Below, in pieces: positions 34,131 through 47,535 of a DNA stretch of 64,000 nt. The notes under the pieces were generated by a model. That model was given only the letters and a program-made list of their open reading frames with translations. It was not told the origin of the DNA and did no database searches. Origin of the DNA: Bugula neritina (Eukaryota > Animalia > Bryozoa); the NCBI GenBank assembly GCA_964035545.1, contig OZ037765.1, forward strand, positions 27,341,504 to 27,405,503, given 5' to 3'. Numbering within the stretch: position 1 is the first letter of the stretch; each line of letters starts with the position of its first letter. The position numbers were made by a program, and so were the translations under genes.

Positions 34131-34139
34131 TAAGTGTAA

Positions 34140-34620
34140 TGACGGGTGTCAATACAAAAGTATTCCAATACGATTACGATAACTACAAATTCGTACGTGA
34201 TTTACTCACTTGGCTCTAAAATCTGAAACGTTCCATTGCGCATTTCAGTTGCTGAGCACTTGAGTAGCATATTTGTCAAACTTATTGATGCTGAATGTAC
34301 TACAACAAGGATTTTTATGGACCGCAGGCTGATGAAAGTTTATCATTTTTGTGTAATCAAGCTTTGTTTGTTTTTATAATTTGTTTTATAAAATAATTTT
34401 AAAATTTAAAATAAAATTGATGTATACAAAGATAATTATGTTTAAAAGAAATTGATTGTTTGCGGCTAGATTAAATCTTCTACATGTTACCTCTGTTATT
34501 TTTGCGTGGTGCCACGGAAATTGTCGAAGCCACCATTTTTTGGACAATTCTGATTAAAATCGATTGTCGAAGTCAGATTGGGACCTTTTTCAACTTTGGT
34601 TTTGTGAAACCTATTGTGAT
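34140..34620. promoter_or_regulatory. Probable bidirectional promoter region (RSBN1-like / GPATCH8-like)
   Basis: CpG-containing, non-periodic core (tcgtacgtga, gcgtggtgccacgg, cagattgg CCAAT) between divergent genes. A candidate non-coding RSBN1 exon with a GTGAG donor lies at ~33608 on the minus strand. Confidence 0.5.
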
Positions 34621-35697
34621 ATGCTGGATTTTTTCTAAATTGTTATGAAAATAGTCTTTGAAACCTTTTGTGAGTTATTTATATTTTAATATTAATAATG
34701 TTTTCATGAATTAACTTTCAAGAAGCAAAAATATAACCAGTAACTGAGTAAGACGTAAGTGTAACCACTACCACTCTACCAGTATCAGGATCAGTATGAG
34801 TATCAGTACGGGTACCAGAGTCTTGAAGTCAGTCTGACTCTGAGAGTGAGTCACTCAGTCAGAATCGGTGCATGTGATGGTGATCACTATGGCTATTGCT
34901 ATTAGTATTAGTATCACAATAGAATAGGAATCAGTTTATTCAGATTTAACATTGAAAAAGCGAAGTAAATTAAAATACTTGAACTTTACTTGAACATATC
35001 ATCTTGGTTAAAGTTAAGAAAGCTTTTAGTTTTACTTGAATTGTTGAAAAAATATTAATTAGAATTGAATAGTTGACAAAAGTCGTCAAGCCCATTATCA
35101 CAATTATAGGGCTAGGCTCAGGCTGTACTCGAATCCAAGAAAAATTGTAGAGAACATTGCCAAGTCCAATGACAACAGAATTTCAACTTAATTCCAGTTT
35201 ATTGCTGATTTTTTTCATTTAAAAATATAATTATAATTTAAAATATTTACTTTTTATGTAAGGTTTTACTTTTTGCATATCTGTAATTTATAATGATAAT
35301 CCTAATCACTATCAGTCGGTGTCTCGATCAAGTATAATACTAACAGTAATAACTAATATCATAATATGTTTCCATAAATATTTTTGTAAGCACTTCATGT
35401 TCAATATATAGATAATCATAATAGATATTGTTGTTCGCAGAATCAAAATTAGTGAAGCATTTGTATTCTAATTCTATTAACATACCCATGTTATGAAGAA
35501 AATATATTCATATTAACAAGTTGATAGAATAATTTCTTCAGAATTTAAATTAGCAATTTTCTATATTGATTTTTTGTGCAACGAGATGCGTTTGTTATTT
35601 TTATGCGCATTAGTTCTTTGTTTAGTAATCTATATCTTGCAACTAACTTATAATGTTGTGTTATTGTTACAGAGCTTCTGGTTATTGTATTATTGAT

Positions 35698-38600
35698 ATG
35701 ATCAAGTCAGTGATTGTAGTTCCCTCTGCAAGTAGTGGCAAGGTAAGTAAACTCATGTGTTGAGTATAAATTGTTCTGTGTAATTAACATGTTTTCATAA
35801 TCGCAATGTTATCATTACTATTAAGTAATATTGTTAGTGATTTACTAAAATATGTATTTTAGCGAAGTGCCACGGCTGGAAATGATGCAAAAACTTCTAA
35901 GTCTGAACAGTCTCGAGAAAAATGTATGTGTCATTGAGTACTCTTAATAATGTAGTACTTGTTTAGTTTAATTTTGATACATCATTTTAATTTTGAACGT
36001 AACTAATTATGTAAGCATTGAATTTAACTTGTTTATCTTTGATGCAATTGACTTTAATGTTTGATAGTATGATCACCCAACGCCCATACAGTCAGTCTGA
36101 ATTTTGAATAATGGACAATATGACTGAAGGGCAGTTGTGTGATCTACTTTGATATTGTGCCCTTATAGTGGTTGTCATTCATTGCCTATGTATTACTTCT
36201 CTCTAGCACAGGACATCCTGGAACTCCTCCCACTGCAATAATCCTGCAGTGAAGTAATGTGATTATATAAGGTTTTAATGTTGTTCTTACATATATAATG
36301 ATTGATTCAAATTCAGTTAACTCTACAACACTTGAATACTGCTACTAATTCCCTGTTTGCTTTTACCTTGTCTTTAGAAAGCAATGCAGTCAGTATCCAC
36401 AGTTTTAATAATGAAAGTAAAACCAAAACGACATATATTTCTTACTATTTCTTAATTTCTGCAGCTAGCTGGTGATTCCAAATTGGAAAAAAAATTTCTG
36501 CTTTAAACTTGTTACCAAAGGTACTATGTGAAGTAGATAAGTTCATTCACCCCTTTTAATAAACTATTGTTTAGTATAGCTGCTTCCTAATTCAGTTATT
36601 CTTACCTGCATGCACACTTACTGTTTGTTACTGCTAATGTCTGTTGCTTGTATGGTTGTTGCATCACACCTAGCAATTATCTTCAATTTCCTTCATTCCG
36701 CCAAAAAGTACAAGTTTTTCTCCAGTTTAAGGTGTTTGGAGAAAATGTCAGGAATTATCAACTTCACCTAGTAGCAATCTGAACTGCATTGTTTTCTTTG
36801 CTCGTTTGCGGTAGTTTGGCTAAAGCTTCCTCAGTCAGGGTTTCTAGATTAGATGTTAATAAAGCACTTACTTTCCTATCATTAGATTTACTGACTGTTC
36901 ACTGCTCACTGAATATTATGGAATTTGAACATTGTTATGATTTGATGATTTGTTAGCTTACTTGTTGATATGATTTTATACATAACATACAGTAGAGCTA
37001 TCCTCAATAGCTCTATATTTTGTTATGGAAATATGTTTTTCAATGTTATAAATCCTAAATAATTAAATTTTGTACTGCTCACCTGCTGAAGCCACTAAGT
37101 AATATAATGGTGAAATAATGTTTCAACATGTACAATTGAGGGTTCAGATTTTACCTTGTTTTATCATAACCGAACTGATCAACTAAAACATAATGTTTCG
37201 TTTTTGACAGATCCGTGGTGAGTTTCTCACAACAAGGTTATTGCTAGTTTACCCAAAACTTATTGTTTGCTATAAATTTTCATGTTTCAACTGCCTGCTT
37301 AACAAATTAACCTGTGTGATTGTTCTCTGTCTATGGCCTCTAGTGCACCATGCTAGTGAGGGTACTAGATGCCTGCAATCATGTATCACTTACCCACTAA
37401 ATATGCTTCAACTGGTTTATACACAAAGGAAGCAATATGTGTGTGAATTTGCTATTGGCTGCTACTATCTCGTGCAGATTTCAATGTTAAAAAATTATCT
37501 ATTGGCAAAATCAAAAAGTATATTGTAAAAAAATTATTAATTTTCTGTTTATTGATTTGGGAAATTTCAGTGTGCAAGTTAATGTTTTAATAAACGGCTG
37601 TACTAAAAATTCTCCTGTAAAGGTGTTGACTTTCTGAGGTGCTTTTATGAATTACCAGCTTCTTGGCATGTGCAATGGTCTTGCTGGAATGCATTGACAA
37701 GCTGTTTATGTATTACATCCATGTTTTGCTTAACATGTTCCCTCCCTACAATTAATTTATTCACCACAAAGTAGCAAGGTTTTGTAGATGAGCAAATTTA
37801 TTTTTGAAAGAACTCATTCCACATGTTATTAATATGTTGTGGTACTATGTAATATTAAGAGTACTTGGTATTTTTATTTTAATTTCTTGCTGGCATAAAG
37901 ATTGTTTTATTACATTCTGAATATGATTTTTCTCTTAAGAGATAATGACTATTATTGAATTCTACCTCACCTTGAATTCACTCTATCTCCTTATTTTATT
38001 AGCATCATTTGCAATATCAACACACTGCATTGGTGCTGAAATGTGTTTGGTGGGTATGTCATATCTCTAATACAGGTAATAGTCTTCTTGGTGTGTGGTC
38101 TTTACAGTTTATGGCATCAATTTACACACAACTTACCAGATATTTTGTCTTGCTGTACAGTTAACTAGTGTTATGTTTATATTTAGACATTGTCTTTGTA
38201 CAACTATCATTAGTTTGCAAATTCTGAAATTATCCTTTTTTCAGTTTTTGTGTCGTCATCTTTAATCCTTTGCACATTCACATTGTTTCTTTTCTTAAAC
38301 CAGCATTGTAACTATATACTGCTATCATTCTAGCACCCCTTGGTAGTGGGTTGTTAACTCCATCATAGCATGGTAACTTCACCAAATTTTATTGTTGACC
38401 TGCTATTATCCGAATTTGGAAATTAATGGTCAAGTCAGCAACTTCCAAGCTTTGCAAATATTGCCATTCCTGATTATTTGTAATTTTAGTGTAGTTAGTG
38501 TCTCTGTTAATTTTGGTGAATTCCAAATGGGTTTTGCTTTCTTAAAAATGATGCTTTTGTGTATAATATTGTTGGTCACTGCACGAGAACTGCTTACAGC

Positions 38601-41600
38601 TTTCACCACTAGTTGAAGCCATAAAAGTTGGTTCTATCACCACCTGAAATTATGCAGCTTACTGTAATAATTCACTATTTGGTCGTGGCAGCTGCATGTG
38701 CAGACCAGTGTGCCTGTTTTTGTCCATCAAATTAGCTTCTAACTCTATTCAAATGCAACAATTGCATTATGTTATATAACAGTAATGTGACTTTTGGTTA
38801 GGTTTCTATACTGGCATATAGCAATGGAATGTTTTCTTTTTTGTAATTTAAAAGTAATACTGCATAATGTATTCCATACATTTGTGTATTGTTATTTCTA
38901 TCAGTAACATTTTTACTCAAGGTTATGGCTGCAGAACTATAGGTAAAAGTATAGGATACTGCCTTGCTATATTTCGCATACTTATATCATGCTATGTGGT
39001 GTTTGCCAAAAGCTAGCTGGTTTAACCTCCGGCTAGACATGACAACTGGCTCTTTCATCTAAGTTATACTTAATTGTGGTGCTTGGACTCTTTCTTTTAT
39101 TATAGATTACCAAGTGATGCACAACATGTAACTTCTAACCTCCATCCATCAAACATAGATAGTACTTAATACTCCCTTTAGTAGCTGTGATTTATTACTC
39201 CCACTGTTCAGTTTTTTTTTTATTTTGTTAAGCACTGTAGTCTCTCAAATTTCTTTACTAACCATTACTCTTTGTGTGTTGAAGCATGGCTTTTGTTTGG
39301 GTAATATCTGCTATTTAGTATAGCAGTTGTGCAGGACAAGTGTAAGAGTTGTCCTGTCAACACGGCAACCTCATCTGCAAAGAAACTCTCTTATCTTAGT
39401 ACATAACTCTCAAGCTTTGCAAAATTTTAAGAATTTTGTGAAACTGCACCTCCCATTTTATTACGTTGTCCTACACCTGTCGGTGTGTTCACTGGATGTT
39501 TCACTGTTTATTGGCTTTGGTTCGCTTATTTCTCACTTTGCAGGCTCACGAAGATGACAGTCTGGTAATGTTAGAAACATTTCAGTTCATCTTCTATGGA
39601 CAACTGGTTTGTGATTGGTTCTAGATTCAACCTCATTTACGAGTAAATATATTTGTTCATGTATTGTTTTTTCTTTTAGGCGTGGACAAGACTGTCAGTT
39701 CAAGGTCTGGTGGTTCCAGTAGCGCCACGCAATGTAAATCTAGTTTACCAGTGAAGGTAGGCTTATATCTATCTAAGAAAATGTCTGATTCTAATATCTG
39801 TTATTTGATGCTCTGGCCTATGACAAATAATTATACAAAACAACATTGTTTTGTAGGTTGATGATCGAAAAAAATTAGATAACAAAAATTTAGAAGAAGC
39901 TTCTGCTAGGTAAGCAAAATGCCTTGTGACCTATACATAGTGCAGGATGAAATGTTTGTGTAAAGAGTACTCCTTGGTCAAATCTACTCAGCACTTACTA
40001 TTTTATCCAACTTATCCTTGTTGAACATTGCATGCATCCATGTGAGTGTAGCCATCCGTTAATTTCATGATATTTTACACTGCTGTTGATATGTTTTTTT
40101 AGCCATTTCATATTCTGAGTAAGTACTTATTGGGATATTTATACAAGTCTACTGCATTGGTGTAGTTGAAAGCATTCTAGTTTGACAATAACAAATGTTT
40201 TTTAAATAATATTTTGTGCTTGTACTAGTACTATCCGTTTGACTGATCAGTACCTTTAAACTGTAATTACCTTTTTCTTTGTAATAATTGATTTCAAATA
40301 CACTTGCTTTGTTAGAAATGAGATTACTTGTTGGTCATAAGTGTACTCTCCATAATATTGAATCCCTATTGTATTTCCACCTGAAAATCCATTCTAATAA
40401 TACCATGAGTCTTTGGTCAGTAGTATCTAACATTGCAACTTATCGTTTTAGCTGCCCTGTGATCAGTATAGATGGGAAGACTAAACTTGACTGGCCAGTT
40501 ATTGCTGTCAAACAAACCAGCACCTTGCCGCCTCTGTCTTTCAGCTGCAACCCATCATTTTATCACCACAGTTTGAGTCTGAGCAAAGAAGATGAACGAC
40601 ACCGAACTGATCTGTTTATCATCAGTGATATTCTTGATGAGATTATAGATGTATTGGAGTATTCACCAAAGCCTAAGCATATGAAACATAAGTCAAAATC
40701 CAAGTCGAAGAAGAAAAAACATAAAGAAAAGCAAGATGCTGCTACTAAACAAAATGCTGCCGAAAGCACTGTGGGTACTAAAAATGTACAAGCCCAAAGT
40801 TCTAAATTGAAAAAGAAAAAGTCAAAGAAAAAGCAAAAGACTCCAAAAAGTACAAGACAAACTTCTCAAGAGGTTGACTTGCAACAAACTGCCCCAGTTA
40901 TTGAAGTAGAGCCTACCAAGTCTATTGGAACACCTGAAGTGAATAAAAGTTTGTCCCCTGCAAATGGTGAAAGTTTAAAAGTTGAAAAGCGAGTAAAAAG
41001 ATTAAAGCGTCTCAAGAAGAAGGTATTGTCATCTACAACAGATGAAGCTCTAGCTCCATCCCCTGTCAAGAAAGCGAAGCCTGCTGTTCCTGCCACAAAA
41101 GATAGTGGTGATTCGAATCAGCAAAGAATAACAATCGCTTTCAATCAGCCCAGTGGAAAGTTGTCAACCACCAAGTCAAAATGGGATACTAGTAGCGATG
41201 AAGAAGGTCCTAGTAGAAAGGGTGCAATATCCTACAGATTCTCAGAGGAATCCGAAAATGAAAACCCTGTTAAACCAGATTCTGCCAAGACTAACTCCAC
41301 CGGATCTAAAGGATTGCCTTTTGGAAAGATGCAACCAGGTGGCATGCTTAAAACAATTGAGATAAACAATCCTTTACCTGATTTGAAGCCATCAGTCCCA
41401 ATCGCCCACCCTAACCCAGGGCCTGACACTAGAGCAACAAAGTCACGTTCTCGATCCCGTACACGATCCCGAAGTAGGAGTCGAACACGTAGCCGTAGTT
41501 ATTCGTATTCCTCAGATGATAGTTACTACCGGAGTAGGAAAGGGAGAAAGCGTGGCAGGCGTCACAGAAGGTCATATAGCCGGTCGTATTCTCGAAGTAG

Positions 41601-44177
41601 AAGTCGGTCCTACTCCTCATCTCGCTCTAGGTCTCGCTCTTACTCAAGGTCATACAGTAGATCAACTTCACGAAGTCGTAGTCGTTACAGATCTTATTCT
41701 CGCAGCAGTTATTCAACCTATTCATCTGCTTCTTACAGTTCAAGATCTAGGTCACGTTCCCCTAGGTACACTAGGGCTGTTCAACCCAAGTATAACAACA
41801 CTCGTGCTTATAAACTCGGTAAAAGGAAAAAGTTCAATAAGAAAAAGAATCAGTATAAGAATCAGCAGAATCAGCAAGCTCACCAGAATCCCAACATCCA
41901 AAAGCAGTTGGAAACTGGGAGAGCCAAGGCAGAAGAAACAGTTATGAGGTTAAAGAAACAAAAAGAAGAGCAGCAAGATTTGCAGAAGCGTGCCATGGCG
42001 TCCATTGCAGCTGCAGCATCTTCTGCTGGAATACCTCTGCCAAAGTCAACGGCTCAGCCTACTACTCCCTCAACTGTGGTTTCAACAGCTAGCCCTAATG
42101 CAACCACAACAGGCAAGTTACGGTTAACATTTACAGTATGGAAAAGTTTGTTTCAGCAAATTTGCTTAGTAGCCACGTACAAGCGCCATTTTCTTCACTG
42201 TAGTCCTTGGCCTGAAATTGGTAAAATTTTGCTGTCCCAGTTGATGTTATTTCCTTGGTGTTTTCTTGTGACTGTATTTTGTTGAAAGGTTTTTTAGAAT
42301 AAATTTTCCAATATTTACTTTAATAGGTAAGTTTAAAGGAGTGCCCCTCACATGCTCTGCTATATTAGCATCCGTAACACTAATCTAGACTGATTTAAAT
42401 GTATGTTTATTCTTGTCCTATACTGCTCTAAACAGGAGAGCAACGGATGTTCGGTTGGGTACCATCTTACACAAACTTCTAGTACCGCTTTTAGTTACTC
42501 TTTTTATGTTGTTTTATCTCTTAACATTGATTATTAATCCTGCTTTCACGCATGGCTGCCATGTTGCCGCAACACATTTCATTTCAGGTTTTGCTGCCGA
42601 GCAGCTCAATGCAGGTATATTTTTGCCTTAATTTCCTTACTATTGATCTTACAACTAATATGCTAGTTAATGTTGCATGCTGTTTATGTAGGTTAGACAG
42701 TTTTAGCAACAGACAACATATGCAATGAAACTATCCTTGGTGTTCAGCTACAGGTTGATTATGGTTGTTGTATATTTACACAGAAGTAACAGATTCCAAT
42801 GGTGTTGTGAATGGAGGGTCCAACGATCTTATTGGTAGTTTTGAAGCAGCTAGTCAACTTGCATCTGCTCCTGCTTTTATTCCTCGGCCTTTCCAAAAAG
42901 GAGAGTTTATAGGTTTGTTTTATCAATAAAGATATTTATAGAGTAAATGAAGATATTGCGTTGCTGAAGTGCAACTCTTGGCTATGCCTCATTTTTGTCA
43001 ATGCTAAGCTTGACTTATTTTAGGTCCAGTCCGACCTGGGATGGATAGTGATATTCCACTCCCAGAAGGTGCACCTACCAGAAACTTCTCCCAGGACAAT
43101 CAACAGAAGGAAAAGGAACCTGAGCCCATGGCAGCTCCAGATGAAACGGATGAGACCTATAAAAATTTACAAGAACAAGCAATGCAACATGTGCATGGAA
43201 CAACTACTAGTCCCACCACTGAGCAGCTTCAACAACAGTTGGCTGTAACTCATTACGCTATGCCAGTGAGTCCTCTCATCTTAAATTTCAGCATTCTTGT
43301 TTGGTTTTGTTCAGTCAATAAAGATTTAAGTAACGTTTTCATACTTAGTTTTAAAAAAGTGATAGGCAAATTTGAGAATTTCTGATTCGTAATAATAATG
43401 GAAATGTTATCTTATTTTCCAATGCCCCTGCCGAATTTTAAATATTTATTTAAAATAATTTTCATCATTCTTTAACAGGATGGCACAACATTTATTGATC
43501 CTGCAACTGGACAAGCAATACAGCTGGCACCAGCTTTTCCTGGAGCACAAGCCATACATCCTCACCAGCTGATGCTAGCTCACACTCAGCAACTACAGCT
43601 CCAGCATACCCAGTCACCAGTTACACCTGATGGAGATCAGGTTGAAGCGGCCAGTGATGGAAAGCCTGCTCCTCATGAAGCTGTGATTAAATCATATGCT
43701 CATCAGATATTTATGTCGCAGCAGAAGGCACTAGTATCTCAGTCACAGCCAACATTCACTGTAGCCTCATCAGCGTCTTCTCTACCTCAGCCTGCAATAC
43801 CTTTACAATCTGCACCGGTTATGGTATCAGGGGCACAAGCAGCTCAGCTTCAACTCCAGGCACAAGTACAACAACTCCAGCAGGCGCAGGCAGCACAAGC
43901 TCAAGCTCAAGTTGCAGCGCAAATGCAAGCCATACAGGCACAGCACATGCAGCAGTTACAGTTGGCTAGTTTGGGTCTGGCTGCTCCGCAGACATTAGCA
44001 GTTCAGCCTCATCTGCAGCAGGTTTTGGCCCAACAACAGTTGATGCAAGCTCAAGCAGCGCAAGGGCTGGCTGCATCACAACTCATTCAGTTGCCCAATG
44101 GACAGGTGGTAGTTGCTGCCAATCCAGCTGCTGTAGCAGCCCATCCCATGATGCTTCGATACTCTCGTCCCCTATAA
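35698..44177 (+). CDS. GPATCH8/ZNF804-related RS-rich, Q/A-rich protein (putative splicing factor)
   Basis: Frame-consistent model: 35698-35742, 35863-35923, 39680-39756, 39857-39909, 40452-42112, 42784-42912, 43024-43265, 43480-44177. The motif VISIDGKTKLDWP..KQTSTLPPLSFSCNPSFY resembles the LQWP...PSISYSCNPLY block I recall from GPATCH8/ZNF804. It is followed by Lys-rich tracts, a long RS/RSY domain and a Q/A/H-rich C-terminus. The N-terminal exons are tentative. Confidence 0.65.
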
Positions 44178-44956
44178 CTAAGGGTGTTTTCGCTATAACT
44201 AAGGGTATTTTTATAAACTGTTTTGTTGAGCTGTGTTTGACCTTGTAAATTTTATTCAATATTATTCTACTAATCTTTAGTTGTTGACTTATATGGCGGC
44301 TGACCACCAAGTACATGTGTGCAAACTTGTTGATGTATCATAAGCTATGGATGTTTCACTTTATATAGCAGCTTCCTGTTATTTTTTTCATGGCGTAAAA
44401 CAAATTACAGCTTGTATTTTTTATTAAATGGGTTTTCAAATAACTCAATGTGATACTTGATCTAGTTGTAGTTTAGGCATATGTATGTCATTTATCTGCA
44501 ATAATTATAATAACGGAAATTTTATTAAAAATATAAGTTTATTATTTTCAAGACTTACATACATCTTTTTTAAACGCCCAAAAAGTTGCTCATATGTAAT
44601 TAAATTAATTCAGCTATACATCAAAGAAAAAATTCCAAGAAAAGAGTCAAAATAATTATTACATCAGCTGGTTTGGTGAATCTTCATTGGCTAACAGAAT
44701 TTTCTATAATAAATTACATTAAATAGTTTAAAGGCTAAAAGTTGGGTAATGTTTTTAAAATTATGGGGTTATTTATACCTTTGTATAGTATCAAGTAGAT
44801 GCTTGTACTACCTATGATGATCACAGCAGCTTACAGATGCAAGGAAATATCAAGCACTAATATCAGAGATTTTCATGATGCATTCAACTGGACAAACCAA
44901 AGAAAAATAGATAATATTCACTTGTGTAATAAGACAGGTATTTCGAAGCACAACTT

Positions 44957-47535
44957 TTAAATAGCTACAATGTCTGTGCAATCTCCCAGAGTTAATCTGT
45001 AGTTGGCAATTTTGGTGATTCCATGATAGTGCACCATTGCTCCGGCAATAACAAATACATGAAATATTTGATGACTCTGAAACTGCAACAAATAAAAAAG
45101 GCAAATAAGTTACCATTATGTGACCCAATAAATATTATTAATGTAAGAGTTTGTTTGAAAATTCCCTACCCAAATGTCAAATTTTCCAGGCCAGATGCGT
45201 TCAGGAACTCGAACAGCGTATATCACCGCACCAAAAATATAGCAAAATGCCATGAGAACGAGCCAGCCAAGTGATGCATTGTGGACTGCTTCATAAAATC
45301 CATCGGTTATTACAAAGTGCATGGCTGGTATGACCCCACTTAGGCCTAATGCTATAAACATACCTAAAAAAACATTGAGAGATCACAGCATAAAAATCAA
45401 CTTGATTTTCACGATCAACGGACCAATGATTATAAGTAATCTCAGCCGACAGTTGAAATGCTGATTAGCACTCATTTTTGAGTATACGCAACATAAAAAT
45501 GCTTTGAATTGATTAACCAATGACATATTTCAAAATGTATTATAATTGGCTAAATTTTCAAATTACCTGCACGGACTGGGCGAAACCTGGGAGTTTGAAA
45601 TCGATCGAGAAGGGAAACCAGAGTGCATAAAGCACCAAGAACAAATATAAGTACCAGATAACACACTTTAGGCACTAAACGGCAATAAAAGCAGTAGTAT
45701 AACCATGGAACAAAAGAGCCAACTGTCAACACAGATATTCCGCAATAATCCAGCCTACAAAATACACAGACTAGACACGTTTGTAATAAAACAAATTATG
45801 CGTCATAGTAACTACAAGTGGTCAAAATTAATGCTAAATATAACTTTTAACTAAATAATTTGATTGAAATTAGCAAGAAAAAGGTATCAATTTGTTTTTA
45901 TCAGCATAAACAGCTGCTATAGAGAATCAAATTATAACTCTTTTTAAATCTAAATATACTAATGCAAAACAAGCAAATTCAAAAACACAACTATTATACA
46001 AACAGCATGCTGCCAAAGTAGATTGAGCACATCAATTTTCATCAAAGAAATCAGGTTAGTTATAATATCTGAGAACTATTATATACATATAAAATCGCAG
46101 AGATACTGTGAAGCTTCAGCGAACAGTAGATCAATATCAGCGCTACTGTTTGCGTTTCATATATTTGAGATAAGAGTGATAAGACTATAATTTTCACCCA
46201 TAATAGATAAACTGCAATAGAACACAAAATTCCCCTTTCATTTCACAAAAGTATCAACTACAAGGTTGAAATCCCTTGCATTCAACCCTCCTATTACAGA
46301 CTTTATTATAACAGCAATATGCATATTTCTTCCAATACAAATATAGAAGCCATTAGTTACTTACTTGTTGAAAAATTTACCCACTTTGCTCGAGTGGCAA
46401 CAAACTGTGTGAAATATCCAAGAGAACCCCAAACAGATAATTGCCCCTATGAAAAATGGTGAAAACACGGCCTTTTCCTGCCAATGTATTTCATTTGCGG
46501 GGCGTGAAAAGAAGTAGGCTGATATTCCAACAAAGGCCGTCATTCCTACAATATAACTTAATTTTATCAGCATAAACAAATACTCTCCTCAGTTCTACTG
46601 TTGTCGATATATTACTATGTTTTATAGGGACAATAGGTAAATAGCTTGTCAATTTTTCAACCCCTTATTAATCTTTAAAGCGACAATATCAACCAAACAT
46701 ATCTTAAAATTTACAAACAAATTTCAAAAGTACAATTATCATCTGGTATTTGTCACAAGTCACCAGACTATAGCTACCTAGCAAATGAGTCCAGATATTC
46801 CCTGTCTCAGTGTGTATTCTGAATATCGATTTAAAGCATTCAATAAATGACCGAAGTTCAGGTCTGTGTCCATAGTGAATAAACTCGTTGTCTCGCATCC
46901 ATTCTGGCAGATGTGTGTGGTGAACAAGTCTCCATCCTGCCTCATAGATCTGCGCCAAATATAAACACAATCATGAGCCAGTGACATTGCAACATCAAAG
47001 GTGCAAAAGCCAACGTAAGCAATACTCTACTTTATGTGCCACTTCTTCGACTTCATCTTTAACTTTGTGAGCCACTTCCTCTACTTTGTGCTGAACATCA
47101 TGGGCATTATGTATCAACTTGTCTCTAAGTGTCAGGTGAAGGTCAGCCGAGTCCACCGTGTCAGCATGCTCCTGTAATCATTGTGAGGGGAAGTTAGTAA
47201 GTCAGTGAACATATATCTTACTTTTAGCAAGAGCAAATTTATTTTTTACTGAAATATGAGACTTGATAATTGATCGAGTAGTAATTTAGAACTGTGAATG
47301 CTTGCAAAAACCAACAGCTCCACCCCTACTAATCATCATTCACAAGTAATATCTGATTTAAAACCCTAACTGCTCAATAGCAAATGTCACTACACCATAC
47401 ATTTGCTTCTGTAGCCGTAGCTCGGAGACGAACACCATCCTCTTGATCTTTGCAACTCACAAGACTTTGCTTTTGGAGCTCAGAAATTGAGCTCGCATCG
47501 TCATACTCACTTTTAGACATGCCATCAACAGACAT
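44957..47535 (-). CDS. ADIPOR: Adiponectin receptor (PAQR family, 7TM, zinc-binding)
   Basis: Exons 47535-47401, 47171-47031, ~46949-46779, ~46546-46364, ~45754-45568, ~45364-45170, ~45082-44957. Motifs LPEWMRDNEFIHYGHRP, FRIHTETGNIWTHLLG, FHTVCCHS, LDYCGI, GSFVPWLYYCFYC, PERIWPGKFDIWFQSHQIFHVFV. Confidence 0.95.

Noticed and set aside
40563-41947. Antisense and alternative-frame ORFs overlapping long exons
   Set aside because: Expected shadows of low-complexity coding exons.
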